Virus record (IMG/VR): IMGVR_UViG_3300021476_000423
Location: 1-64,000 of that record
Origin: a virus
Direction: 5' to 3' (one strand)
Length of the DNA: 64,000 bases
Shown here: positions 9,569 to 19,877 of the stretch, piece after piece
Layout: each line of letters starts with the position of its first letter
Position numbering within the stretch: position 1 is the stretch's first letter
Translations under genes and position numbers: made by a program
The notes under the pieces: model-generated
The model's input: only the letters and a program-made list of their open reading frames with translations
What the model was told of the DNA's origin: nothing
The model's database searches: none

Positions 9569-9905
9569 CAGGGTTAGATTCTAGACTACTTAAGGATTTG
9601 GTGTGGCAGGGGGATGGGCATAGGCATACCTAATGCCATAGCCTATCACAAAGGCACACACAAGAAGTATCCCCAATCTGATTATCGTCAGAGACGCATC
9701 CATACCCTACTAGCCGAGATGAGACCCTATAAAGGTTGGGGAGTCGGAATCGTCGGATACGACTCTTTCCCACAGACCTTTAACCCTGCCTTGGTAGTCT
9801 CATGGCATGGCACATTGCTGTGTTTCCCCAATACCAATCCCCGACCCCCTAGTGTCTGTGCCCTTGCTTCCCACCATATGGAGAGTCCTCAGTGATATTT
9901 GAGGA

Positions 9906-10178
9906 TTACTTGAGTGCTTTGACTTTGGCGCTACCGACACGAGTTCCCTTGAAAGACCTCATAGTTTCGTAGACTCCTTTACCATCCATGATTTGCCCAT
10001 ACTTCTTCTCTAGTGCATTGACGAGAAGGGTTCGGGGAGATACACCGGGGTCATTGTTGAAGAGATTCTTACTGAGGGTCACGATTACAGAAGTTCCGGC
10101 TGTATCGCGGGCAATGGCTCTGACGGTCGTTCCATCACCAAAGAACTCACAATCCACTTCTTTGATATCGAAGTTCAT
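9906..10178 (-). CDS. Hypothetical protein
   Basis: 90-aa ORF with TATATAAAG box about 28 nt upstream, directly downstream of the tRNA. Confidence 0.55.
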   Translation of the reverse strand: MNFDIKEVDCEFFGDGTTVRAIARDTAGTSVIVTLSKNLFNNDPGVSPRTLLVNALEKKYGQIMDGKGVYETMRSFKGTRVGSAKVKALK

Positions 10179-10214
10179 AGTAGCAGGGTTAGATTCATGG
10201 CTTTATATAGATTA

Positions 10215-10292
10215 TGGCGGGCCTAGTGGGATTTGAACCCACGACGACCAACTTAAGGGGTTGGCGTTCTAAACTGACTGAACTATAGGCCC
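10215..10292 (-). tRNA. tRNA-Lys(CTT), CCA encoded, atypical C33
   Basis: Reverse complement folds into a full cloverleaf: GGGCCTA TA GTTC-AGTCAGTTTA-GAAC G CCAAC-CCCTTAA-GTTGG TCGTC GTGGG-TTCAAAT-CCCAC TAGGCCC G CCA. TTTATAAAG box lies about 25 nt upstream. Confidence 0.9.
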
Positions 10293-10870
10293 AACCTACC
10301 CTTTTGGTCAAGACTTTATAAACATTCTAGATAGTCCATCGCATAGTAACCCTCCCGACAGTAGCGGCAATCCTTGTCATACCCCTCATAGTGGTCTCTC
10401 TCATGAAGCCGAAGAGTCAGTAGAGTGGTCGCTTCCTCTTCCGTCAAGACAATATACCCATCTTCTATGCGTCCCAAGTGTCCCATACGTCCCTACGGGA
10501 CGAGACTCTATAAGGGTTTGGGGTGAGGTTGGGGTAGGGGTATGGGGTATATCCTACCATCGGCCCCAATCCTTCATCTAGGATGTGCAGAGTAGTGGAG
10601 GCGGAGAGGGGTTAAGTCTCTCCTATTAGGAGCAAGGAGTCCCTATAGAATGTGTGGTCAGTCGGTTGTGTATGTGAGGCTGTGCTATCCCCTGCCCTGC
10701 CCCGCCACCCCCCCTCCCCACCCCTATTTAAGAATGCTTGCCGGATTCCATAAGAGAAGCACAGGTTCCTTGTGGTTTGCGGCCAAAAGGTTGATATACC
10801 CTATACCCTGCCAGTCTGCCGGGGGCCAAGCGCCCCATATAAGCCTCTTTGCCGTATTCCATAGAGTCGC

Positions 10871-10916
10871 ATAGCACATCGTTCACTCTGTCGGCATATA
10901 GCACATCCTTCACTCT
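10871..10916 (+). repeat. 19-bp imperfect direct repeat
   Basis: ATAGCACATCGTTCACTCT (10871) and ATAGCACATCCTTCACTCT (10898), one mismatch. Confidence 0.7.
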
Positions 10917-11286
10917 ACGCGGCAGGGTTCTAGTTTCCAGTCATTTCCACAATAGCGGCGGCAATAGCATGAGACGACCCCATGTTGCGGCCTCTATTGT
11001 GTAAACGGCCTCTCTTATGCGTAGAGGTGTGGCATGAGAGCAGAGGATAGTAGGTGTGTCCTGTCTCATGTCAGTGTGTAGCCTAGCACTCTGCCTAAGA
11101 CCCTACAGACAATTGAAGGATTGAAGACTCTAGCACACCACGATAGAGACCATGAGACAGCCTTGATTTACAAACCGCCTAATCAGAACTCGCCTGTATC
11201 GCCGCCAATGCTCTCAAAAGCGGAGTTTAGTATTTAATCAAAATTGGTAAGGGGATGGGTTGCAGGGAAGGGGGAAGTGTGGATTG

Positions 11287-11315
11287 CGGCAACAAGCCAC
11301 ATATACCCTATACCC
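11287..11315 (+). promoter_or_regulatory. Early-type promoter motif CGGCAA-N8-ATATACCCTATACCC
   Basis: ATG 11329 lies exactly 28 nt after the first A of ATATAC. Same spacing at 16233 and 22064. Confidence 0.7.
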
Positions 11316-11328
11316 TGTTACAAGGCTT

Positions 11329-11712
11329 ATGGATTCGTCTAGCATCGTGCAAGCGGCGGCAACCATGAGAGGGCCATTAGTTAGAAGCCACTATCTTGTT
11401 GCCGTGACCGAGAAGCGCCTAGCGATTGGCCGCTTCGGGTTCAGAGAGGGAGTGAAGGGAGAGACACTCGTGGACGTAGGCAACGCCAAGTCAGAGGCCG
11501 ACGCAGTGTCGAAGGCCGTTGCTCGGTTCGCTCGCAAGATGCGAATCAACCCCATCCTAGTCGGAGTCTCGCAGGTAAGGAAGGTCGAGACAGCACAGAC
11601 TCAGGTAGACCAAGCCTTCAGTGCAATGGACTTGGACAAACTCGCCGCCAACATCGGGAAGGGCAACGTAGTCCAGTGCGGCTCTATCGCCATTAAGGTG
11701 AGGGGAGCCTAG
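11329..11712 (+). CDS. Hypothetical protein, first gene of the plus-strand array
   Basis: Start reassigned to ATG 11329 (MDSSSIV) on the basis of promoter spacing. Confidence 0.6.
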   Translation: MDSSSIVQAAATMRGPLVRSHYLVAVTEKRLAIGRFGFREGVKGETLVDVGNAKSEADAVSKAVARFARKMRINPILVGVSQVRKVETAQTQVDQAFSAMDLDKLAANIGKGNVVQCGSIAIKVRGA

Positions 11713-12761
11713 ACTTGTCAGCCCAACCAGAAGAGCACAGGGTCAGCGACGCAGAGGCCGAAATGATTGCGGCCAACATGACCCACGAAGTTCGGGACGC
11801 ACTCCGATATCTCGGCGGAATCAAGTCCATCGAAGTCCTAGTCCTTCGAGTAGACTCAAACACTCGATTCCTGACCATCGACCTGAAAGCCAAACGGGGC
11901 ACTAACGGATACTTGGGTCTCGGCTCAGTCGTGACCGAAGTGGCCAGAATCGGCAAGTGGACTTTAGGGAGCGCCAGAGTCCTGAGCAAATCAACTCTTC
12001 GCCTTAACTTCGATTTCAACAGGAGCGCATAGACTTGCGAACCTTCAGGGCCAAATTCGACGCAATGAACAACGGAGCGCACTACATTGCCAGCGAGAAA
12101 TTCCGAGCCTACGACTTGGAGCAAGCCATGAAAATCGCCAAGTCCAAACTCCTTTCGCCAGCACTCTTCGGCCTTATCTCAGTGAGTGAGGTCTAGACTT
12201 TGCAGAAGAGAGAACGGGAAGCACTGAAGGCCGCACTCAGCAGTGCGGTCAGCATGATAATCGTAGGCAACTATGACCAAGCCAAGCGCACACTTCTCAC
12301 CATTCGCGGCGAATTGGACTCGATAAATTGACTCAGCCAACTTCAGACGACTACAGGACAACCGACGCTTACCGCACTTACCAAGAAGCAATGGACTATC
12401 TTCAGTCGGCTTACGAAGCCATGATTAACGCCAGCACCTTCCAAGATTCATCTGCCTTAGTCAACATCCTTCTCAACCTAGCGCCCGTTGCCAAGTCCAT
12501 CAGAAATATGCTCGATGAGTTGGACACGCAAACGATGAACGAGAGGGCACAGGAAGAATAGACCATGTGTCTCGACTTCGCCGTTTTTGCGGCAGACCAA
12601 TTCACCCACTACAAAGCCCAACGACTAGACCGAGCGATAGGGGTCGAAGTCACAAGTGACGACGAAGGACTTTGCATAACTCGGTATTGGAGTGGGGCAT
12701 ACTTGGGATTCATGACCCTAGATGAAATCACACACGGCCAACTGAAGGAGAGCAACTAACT

Positions 12762-13652
12762 TTGACAGACTCCGAAGTGACGGAAGAAAGCCAAGTCGCA
12801 ACCAACACTTACAAGCGAAGGCAAGCCGAGTCCTTCGCCTTTGTAGGCGGTGGGCCAGATGGATGGAGAGTGAGCACCGTTAGGAACGTCAGAACTTCGC
12901 TAAGTCCGAAGGGTCAGCAAATCACACGACCAGAGTTCGACATACCGGCCTATCGTTGGGTCACGCCTTACAGTGATATGCACCCTGAAGCAAGAGGCGG
13001 AGGCGCATATTGCGAATTGTGTGGATGGGCGGGCATTGTGGACATTTGGTATATCCAGAATGATAGCAAATGGCTCATCATGCAAGTCGGTTCGGTTTGT
13101 GTGAATACTTTCATGGGCGCAGAGTTCACAGCGAAGACGGTTCGCAAATTCAGAGAGAACAAACTCAGGATAGCCTATGACGGATGGAGAGACGGAGCCG
13201 TGGTGGAAATCAACAAACGGGGCACTGGCGCAAGTCAGTGGCTAAGTTACAGTCTCTACCAATTCAAACAGAAGATTATCAAGTCCTACCCTGAGACCAC
13301 TTCGAGCCGAGTAATCTTGAACATCTTCAAGAAGGCCAGAACCTTCAACCTTCCAATCCCTGCCGAAGTCCTACCAGACCAGACGGCAGAGCAAACCGTA
13401 GGGCCGGACTTTGGCAAGAAGGACACACCGAGACAGGGGCCGACTTACAGTCAGACCAAACAGACCAACGGCGTAAAGGTTTGGGTCGGGGCCGGACTTA
13501 GAGAGCAAGCCACACAGACACCAAGTCCGAGACCAGTCCAGCAATACCTAACCATGATTGACCGGGGCCAGATTTTCGTTAAGGTTGCCGGGGCATGGGT
13601 CAAAGCAATCAAATCAGCAACGGGTGTGTGGATGCCACAGGGAGCGATTTAG
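12762..13652 (+). CDS. Hypothetical protein with Zn-binding motif
   Basis: CELCG...WYIQN...VGSVCV in a 296-aa ORF. Confidence 0.6.
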   Translation: MTDSEVTEESQVATNTYKRRQAESFAFVGGGPDGWRVSTVRNVRTSLSPKGQQITRPEFDIPAYRWVTPYSDMHPEARGGGAYCELCGWAGIVDIWYIQNDSKWLIMQVGSVCVNTFMGAEFTAKTVRKFRENKLRIAYDGWRDGAVVEINKRGTGASQWLSYSLYQFKQKIIKSYPETTSSRVILNIFKKARTFNLPIPAEVLPDQTAEQTVGPDFGKKDTPRQGPTYSQTKQTNGVKVWVGAGLREQATQTPSPRPVQQYLTMIDRGQIFVKVAGAWVKAIKSATGVWMPQGAI

Positions 13653-14368
13653 ACTTGCTCAACTTCTGCAAACAGGACGGGCGCATTCTTCAGAGTCCTG
13701 AAGAGAGAGACAACGGACTTTGCCGCTATTGCTACCGTGGCATTGCGGCCAATACTTCAGCGTTCTTCTCAACCTTCAGAGCAACCATGAATTACACAGT
13801 CCAGTCAGTCATTCCACGCCGAGTTAGCAAAAGCAGACGACTCAAGCCTAGCATCGAACCCCATACAGACCTAGTGACTTGGGCAGATTCTTCGCCCGAT
13901 TTTCGGGGTCACTTGGCAAGCACAACCATGAAGACACGAGAGATTCACTTCAATTGGGAAGGGGTGACTAGGGGTGCAACGAAGACAGCCAAAGTTACCA
14001 AAGGCAACATCGAAGACAGTCTGTCAGACTACATTGCCACAATCCAAGTCCATGAGTTGATTCATGCAGTAGGCCAAGTCGGACACACCACACAAAGGAG
14101 TTTGGGTTACAAAGTCGCAAGTAACCGAGCCTTCGATAAGGTCATATCTCTCATGGGTCACACATGGGGCACTGCCATTAACAAAGGCGTGGCTGACTTG
14201 GACGAAGTTAACACAGACTTGCCAAACCCACACCGAACACTTGATAAAGTCCCGGCTCCTGAGAGCCTACCAATGAGCACAAACTTGACAACCGAAAAGA
14301 ACGACCCTTACCCAACCACGGCAGACGATTGGGCTAGAGTCTACGCCGCAAAGAAAGGAGCCGAGTGA
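13595..14368 (+). CDS. Putative HExxH metallopeptidase-like protein
   Basis: VHELIHAVGQVGH motif. True start is probably slightly downstream. Confidence 0.45.
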   Translation: MGQSNQISNGCVDATGSDLDLLNFCKQDGRILQSPEERDNGLCRYCYRGIAANTSAFFSTFRATMNYTVQSVIPRRVSKSRRLKPSIEPHTDLVTWADSSPDFRGHLASTTMKTREIHFNWEGVTRGATKTAKVTKGNIEDSLSDYIATIQVHELIHAVGQVGHTTQRSLGYKVASNRAFDKVISLMGHTWGTAINKGVADLDEVNTDLPNPHRTLDKVPAPESLPMSTNLTTEKNDPYPTTADDWARVYAAKKGAE

Positions 14369-15070
14369 CTTGGAGAGCATACTTAGCCGCAACTACCTTC
14401 TAGACGAGATAGCCAATGCCAAGCCGACCGTGGACTTGGACAAGAGCATAATCAATGAGGCCAACAACAGGTTCACAAAGAAGACTTGGAAGACTGACAG
14501 TGCACTTGGCGCTCTTCAACTTGAAGAGGATTTCAGGACTGCCGCCGCCGACCTACGCCGATTCGCAGACGAGTTAGTGATGGGTCAGAGCGAAGCATGG
14601 AGAGCACGAGAAGTTTGACAACCTCTGCACTTAAGATGGGTCTCAACTACACCCTTACCGAGTTGGCCGAGACTAAGGCCGAGTTGAAGAGACGATTCAA
14701 GCGAGCCTACAGTCCCGACTACAAGATGGACTTGGGCCAAGCCACCTTCGACATTATCGCCTTTGAGGATGGGATTCTAGGAGCATGACGGTCAAAGACT
14801 ACGACAGGAAGGACGTTATCAAGAAAGCGCCAGAGTCTTTGGGTTTGGTTGGCCGTGGACTTTGCGGCGAGACGTTGGCTTACGCTTACCAAGTTAGTCC
14901 AAAGACCTTTGCTTACATCACCCTCAATCAAGATGGTTCTTGGAAGGCTGAGAAGGTCTCAATAAGATGAGCAGTAAGACCAAACTTAGCCACGGTTGCG
15001 CCTACGCAGAGGGCGAGCACCAACATTACTTCAGAGGCAAAGTCGAGCACTGCCCCGACGAGATGAAAGA

Positions 15071-16222
15071 TTGAGCAACAACCAGACCACACTGCCCGAC
15101 TTCCTTCAGACTAAGGTAGTGGGTCACAGGACTAGAGCACTTCAGCCGCCTCTGCCGAGAGTCCGAAGTCCGGTCTGGAAGATTGACAAGTCCCAAGCCC
15201 TCTCAGAGAATTGGGTCGAGTTCCTACGGGCCAAGATGGGAGTCGCATTCGAGTTGGAGTATAACTACAAGTGGGAGACGACTTGCACCAAGTCATGGCA
15301 AAATGAGTTGAACCATGAGCGCAATATGATTCACGATATTCACGACGACCCCACACTTGCCAGTAACGAAGGTCAAGAGTTCGTAATTGAGGCACTGCCG
15401 CAGGTCTCAAGCGAAGAGTTTGCGGCCCGTCTTCCCATGAAAGTCTTCAGAGACCACTTTGAGACAGGGGGCCATTGTGGAATGCACACCCACGTTATAG
15501 TTCTGCCCTACGGGAAACACAAACCAGTCCCGATTCAAATCGCTAAGAACGGGTGGCAACTCTTCAGAGCCTTTTACCCCGGATGGATTCATCTGTTTGG
15601 CAATTACCCCAAGCGATTGTTGAGGTCACGATGGGCAACATGGAAAAACAACTTCATAGAGTCACCAACCAAAGAACCGAGTTGGGGTCACAAATCGTGG
15701 GCAACGACGGCGGCAGAAGATAAGAGACACAATGGCGGCATTTCGTTTGAAGACTGTAAACTCATGGAAGAATACGAAGATGACGAAGGACGAACACGAC
15801 AAAAATTCGAAGAGGAACTTAGACCTACACTTACCAAGTTCGACGCAGAGATTAGGGTCAGCGATTCGACGCATGAGTTAGACCAAATCGTTGCTTGCAG
15901 AGCACTCAGTAAGGCTCTCTTCTTGCGGTCGGCAGACTTAGCCACGGTGGGCGTTATCGACCTACCAGACGCAATGGAGAGCCAAGTCATGGAAATTGCG
16001 AGAGACGTTCAAAGCAGTATCCAAGACAGATTCTTCAAAGTCTATGACGTTGATGATGGCGTAGACGACGGACTTGAAGCAAGACAGGGCCAAGCCATGA
16101 GGTCGAATGCCGTGGCCTTTGTGCGTGAGATGCAACCCTATCTAACACCCTATGAGATGAAACAAGTTAGGTCATGCCTTATCAATCCCGTCAGACGAAG
16201 AGGGGTTGTGAAGTGGCGATAG
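15071..16222 (+). CDS. Amidoligase (COOH-NH2 ligase, glutamine-synthetase fold; Amidoligase_2-like), copy 1
   Basis: Motifs GVAFELEY, HDDPTL..GQEFV, CGMHTHV and DAEIRVSDST. TTG start at 15071 overlaps the upstream micro-ORF stop. Confidence 0.75.
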   Translation: MSNNQTTLPDFLQTKVVGHRTRALQPPLPRVRSPVWKIDKSQALSENWVEFLRAKMGVAFELEYNYKWETTCTKSWQNELNHERNMIHDIHDDPTLASNEGQEFVIEALPQVSSEEFAARLPMKVFRDHFETGGHCGMHTHVIVLPYGKHKPVPIQIAKNGWQLFRAFYPGWIHLFGNYPKRLLRSRWATWKNNFIESPTKEPSWGHKSWATTAAEDKRHNGGISFEDCKLMEEYEDDEGRTRQKFEEELRPTLTKFDAEIRVSDSTHELDQIVACRALSKALFLRSADLATVGVIDLPDAMESQVMEIARDVQSSIQDRFFKVYDVDDGVDDGLEARQGQAMRSNAVAFVREMQPYLTPYEMKQVRSCLINPVRRRGVVKWR

Positions 16223-16232
16223 TTATGGATTT

Positions 16233-16261
16233 CGGCAACAACTCAGATATACCCTACACCC
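16233..16261 (+). promoter_or_regulatory. Early-type promoter motif
   Basis: CGGCAA-CAACTCAG-ATATACCCTACACCC, with ATG 16275 at +28. Confidence 0.7.
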
Positions 16262-16274
16262 CTAGTGACTTCGT

Positions 16275-17900
16275 ATGATTCCAACTTCAACCGTCGAGTT
16301 CGCAGACGACCCCATTGTAGGGGAAGACCTAGCGAGACATGGGCCGACGAGTCAACCTATGTGCCCCTACTGCATGAATCTGGTCACTGACCATCCGAGC
16401 GAAGAGAGCGAGAACGAAGACAACTTCAATCACGGCCACAGGACTATTGGGGAATCCCAAGTCTGCCGCAGAGTCTACCAGTGCGGTTATGCTCAACCGA
16501 CTAACGGTGAGGCGGTTATGCTTTTCTACGTTTACCACGACTTGGGCAACATGAGCAATTTTGCCGTTGCCAAAGTGCGTGAGATAACCAGTGAGACGAT
16601 TGACGACTCTGACGTTATCAAGTTCGGGCGCAAGAAACTCAGGGCAGATATCAAACCGAAGTGGCGATTCAGAACCAAAGACGCAACTGAATCAGACCTT
16701 ACCGAATACTTCAGAGACAATGTAGTTGTGGGTATAGAACTTGAGTTGGACTTCAAACCGAACCGACCCATTTCAGACAGCCAACTTCTCCGACTCTTTG
16801 GGACTGAGCACACTGAATACCACCACCTTCCGGCTTGCCCCTCATGTGGGAGAGCCGAGTGTTGGAGTCACCTACCAGACAATCTCATTAGAGCCATTGA
16901 GAGAGATGCCAGCATTGAAGGATGGGAGTTCATCGTCTACGGCGGCAGACTTGCGCCAGAAGAGTTCGCAAGGCGGCTCCCGTTGAATAAGATGGCGGCA
17001 CACTTCAAGCCGACATGGAGAAACAGCATTCACTCTCATGCAATGCTAGTTCACAACATTGCCAAAGTCCCACAGGTCATTATCAAGAACGCATGGCAAC
17101 TCTTCAGATTCTATTACCCCGGATGGGTCTATCTGTTTGGCAACTTCAGCAGAGAGCAAGGCTTTCTCAGGTCACAGCCAGCGAGTTCGGATTATGTCCC
17201 CTTCAAACTCTTCAACAAGTCACCCTTCTCAACCAGATGGATTAGAGACGTTTCGTATGCAACTCACAAACAGAACGGCGGCGGAATGTATTTCGGCAAG
17301 TTCGGTGAGGCAGGGGCGGCAAGGTTGGCTGAGTTGAACAAACCAGAGTTGACCAAGTTCGACATTGAAATCAGGACTTCAGATTCAACGACTGACATGG
17401 AACAAATCGTGGGATTGAGAGGACTGACTAAGGGCATGGTAGTTAGGTCAGCACAACTCAGCAACTTCGGCCTCATTTCGGTCGAGACCGATAAGGAGAC
17501 TTGGGAGAAGGTGAAGGCCGTAACTCAGAAACTCAATGCAAGGTCGGGTCTCACCGAAGAGGATGAGGCATTCATGAAAGCGCAAGCCATTGCCTTTGTG
17601 AAGGAATTAGCACCCTTCCTCAGTGAGTATGAGAGAATGTGCCTCAAGTCACTCATCGAGAAACCAGTCAGAACAAGGTCAGAACAAGAGCAAGCCAAAG
17701 TCTTCAATGTGAAGACAAGTCCATTAGCGAAGGACATGAGGCGGCTCATTGCACTCGGAGAAGTTGAGGCCGACACTGAATCAGCATGGATTCAGAAGGT
17801 TGCAGACCTAATCGACTCGACAACGGCAGACGTTCAGGATGCAGTGAACGACCTGAAAGCCTACTTCGACAAAGAACTTCGTAGGATGGTGCAAGCCTAG
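16275..17900 (+). CDS. Amidoligase copy 2 with N-terminal Cys-rich extension
   Basis: Motifs GIELELDF, ERDASIEGWEF, SIHSHA and DIEIRTSDST. Shares KNxWQLFRxxYPGWxxLFGN with copy 1. Confidence 0.75.
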   Translation: MIPTSTVEFADDPIVGEDLARHGPTSQPMCPYCMNLVTDHPSEESENEDNFNHGHRTIGESQVCRRVYQCGYAQPTNGEAVMLFYVYHDLGNMSNFAVAKVREITSETIDDSDVIKFGRKKLRADIKPKWRFRTKDATESDLTEYFRDNVVVGIELELDFKPNRPISDSQLLRLFGTEHTEYHHLPACPSCGRAECWSHLPDNLIRAIERDASIEGWEFIVYGGRLAPEEFARRLPLNKMAAHFKPTWRNSIHSHAMLVHNIAKVPQVIIKNAWQLFRFYYPGWVYLFGNFSREQGFLRSQPASSDYVPFKLFNKSPFSTRWIRDVSYATHKQNGGGMYFGKFGEAGAARLAELNKPELTKFDIEIRTSDSTTDMEQIVGLRGLTKGMVVRSAQLSNFGLISVETDKETWEKVKAVTQKLNARSGLTEEDEAFMKAQAIAFVKELAPFLSEYERMCLKSLIEKPVRTRSEQEQAKVFNVKTSPLAKDMRRLIALGEVEADTESAWIQKVADLIDSTTADVQDAVNDLKAYFDKELRRMVQA

Positions 17901-19217
17901 ATGTGTCGCATGGCTTTGATTCTCAGCACCGACAAGCCGCTTAACACCTTCGAGTTGGCTATGAAGTCAGCATGGGCTAACCACAACGACGACGGCGTAG
18001 GCATCTACTGGCGAGACTTGTCCGGCAACCACTTGGCGAGATTCAAGGACTCTAAGGACTTGGCGAAAGTTCCCAACGACTACGACCGGATGCTGATTCA
18101 CTTTCGCAAGTCTACCAAGGGCGAAGGGACTCATCCGTTCCGTTGCATCTGCCGTCCCGACCTGCACAGCGAGCAATGGATTATGACCCACAACGGAGCA
18201 GTGGACGACTCGACAGCGAGAGCCAGCCTAGTCAAAGCGATTGAGAAGAAAGGTCTCACAGCCCACGAGTTCTCGACTAACATCGACTCCGAACCCTTCA
18301 TTCACATTTGGGGCGAGTTGGCTGAGACCGACCTACTTGAGAGAGCCAAGGTATTCACAGCACAAGTGAATGAGTTACAACTTCACGGTTGGGCCAACCT
18401 CATCTTCTACAACGTGGTCACAGATGAGTATGTTGTCTTTGTGGACACAGCGATTCGCGTTGTCCAATCCAAAAAGCGGGACATCACAGTGATTTGCTCG
18501 GACTCGGCATGGCTAGACTCTGATGCCAGCAGGAAGTTGGGTGTGACCGACGCAAACATGAACCAAGGCACTGTCATTTACGGAAAGGGTCTCAAGTTCA
18601 AGACTAAGAAGAACGTTTGGGTTGTGAAACCAAGGGGTTATGGAAACCAAACAGCACTTCCAAGTTGTGAAATCCCGAAGGGAGCCGTCAACAATGGGGC
18701 CAAAGGATTTTTCAGTGGAACAGAATCCTACTACAGCGATAATAAGTGGATTGAAGACCACTACTACAAGGAGAGCAAGATTCCCGATGTTGACTTGGGC
18801 GAATACTTCTGCGTAGTCTGCCAACAGTCAAAAGAGTTCCACAGGTTCTATACCAAGAAGGAAATGGAATTGGCCGAAAATGCAAGGATGAAGGATATCG
18901 AGACCGTGAAACCCGAAGTATGGGAGCCAAAGTCACTTGAGGGTCACATACTCGCAAAGCCTACCAACGTAGTCAAAGAGGGTAAGAACGTTGCCAAGTT
19001 TGGGAGTGGATTCGTTATGCTCAGAGTCACAAATTGCTTCTGCCGCCCACAGGATGATGCAAACCGACCCTCTAATGGCATTTGCCAACTTCACTATGTG
19101 AAAGGATTCCGACAATTCTTCCACGACCAAGACGGTTATTGGTATCTTGTCAGACGCACAGACTACACTACAGGAGACGGAACCGTGGCCTACGACTCAG
19201 GGTCGAGTGGTGATTAA
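17901..19217 (+). CDS. Class II (Ntn) glutamine amidotransferase with C-terminal extension
   Basis: N-terminal MCR, then HNDDGVG, IHFRKST, THPF, HNG and DSE. Confidence 0.85.
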   Translation: MCRMALILSTDKPLNTFELAMKSAWANHNDDGVGIYWRDLSGNHLARFKDSKDLAKVPNDYDRMLIHFRKSTKGEGTHPFRCICRPDLHSEQWIMTHNGAVDDSTARASLVKAIEKKGLTAHEFSTNIDSEPFIHIWGELAETDLLERAKVFTAQVNELQLHGWANLIFYNVVTDEYVVFVDTAIRVVQSKKRDITVICSDSAWLDSDASRKLGVTDANMNQGTVIYGKGLKFKTKKNVWVVKPRGYGNQTALPSCEIPKGAVNNGAKGFFSGTESYYSDNKWIEDHYYKESKIPDVDLGEYFCVVCQQSKEFHRFYTKKEMELAENARMKDIETVKPEVWEPKSLEGHILAKPTNVVKEGKNVAKFGSGFVMLRVTNCFCRPQDDANRPSNGICQLHYVKGFRQFFHDQDGYWYLVRRTDYTTGDGTVAYDSGSSGD

Positions 19218-19220
19218 ACC

Positions 19221-19874
19221 ATGACAGACATTCGAGTTCACAAATCCGGCGAAGACCTACTTCGAGATGGATTCATCGGAGTCAACAGCAAACCCAACGG
19301 CAAGTTCGAAATCAGAGGCGCAGTGATTAGGTTCGAGACTTCACCTGCCGCAAGTGACTTCGAAGACCCCAACTACAAGGTGAGCGTGTGGGTTCCAAAC
19401 TCAACCTACATGGCCGACAAGAAGAAGGGGGGCAAGCAATTCGAGATAAACACCAAGGGCAACGGCAACTACAGCAACTACATCACATTCAAAGAGTTCA
19501 TGAAAGCAGTTTACGAAGCCGTGACCGGAGCGCCGCCCAAGACAGGACGGGAATCAGTGAGCAAGGAGATATTCGGATTCAGCGTGAGTCTCAAGGAGAG
19601 CATTGAGAACAACAAGGAGACAATCAAGGAGTCCATCGACCCACTGACAGAGGTTATCAAACTCCCCAAGCAAGAAGTCAAAGTCGAGAACAAGGTCACA
19701 GTCACCTACAAAGGTGTGACAAGCAACGGCGTAAAGGTAACAGCCAAGGGCCATGACGGGTCTTGCCAATGTGACGAATGCAGGGCGGTTCAAGCGGCTC
19801 TCAATGAGTTAATCGAAGGCCGCAATAAGGGCACATCACAGATAAGCAACGACGAATACATGGGGTATGCCTAA
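19221..19874 (+). CDS. Hypothetical protein
   Basis: 217-aa ORF in the operon, with HDGSCQCDEC near the C-terminus. Confidence 0.6.
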   Translation: MTDIRVHKSGEDLLRDGFIGVNSKPNGKFEIRGAVIRFETSPAASDFEDPNYKVSVWVPNSTYMADKKKGGKQFEINTKGNGNYSNYITFKEFMKAVYEAVTGAPPKTGRESVSKEIFGFSVSLKESIENNKETIKESIDPLTEVIKLPKQEVKVENKVTVTYKGVTSNGVKVTAKGHDGSCQCDECRAVQAALNELIEGRNKGTSQISNDEYMGYA

Positions 19875-19877
19875 GAC

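Larger units (their letters stand above)
10293..11328. other. About 1 kb non-coding control region (candidate origin, terminus or packaging site)
   Basis: No credible ORF. Opposed G-run and C-run tracts, short repeats, and divergent ATATACCC motifs. Transcription direction switches here. Confidence 0.5.

Noticed and set aside
10250-10262. Reading the tRNA as an ochre (TTA) suppressor
   Set aside because: The 5-bp stem CCAAC/GTTGG fixes a 7-nt loop with CTT central, and TAA is used normally as a stop codon in this genome.
9614-10913. ORFs 9614..9895, 10650..10874 and 10728..10913
   Set aside because: No recognisable motifs or properly spaced promoter, and they overlap low-complexity regulatory-looking DNA.
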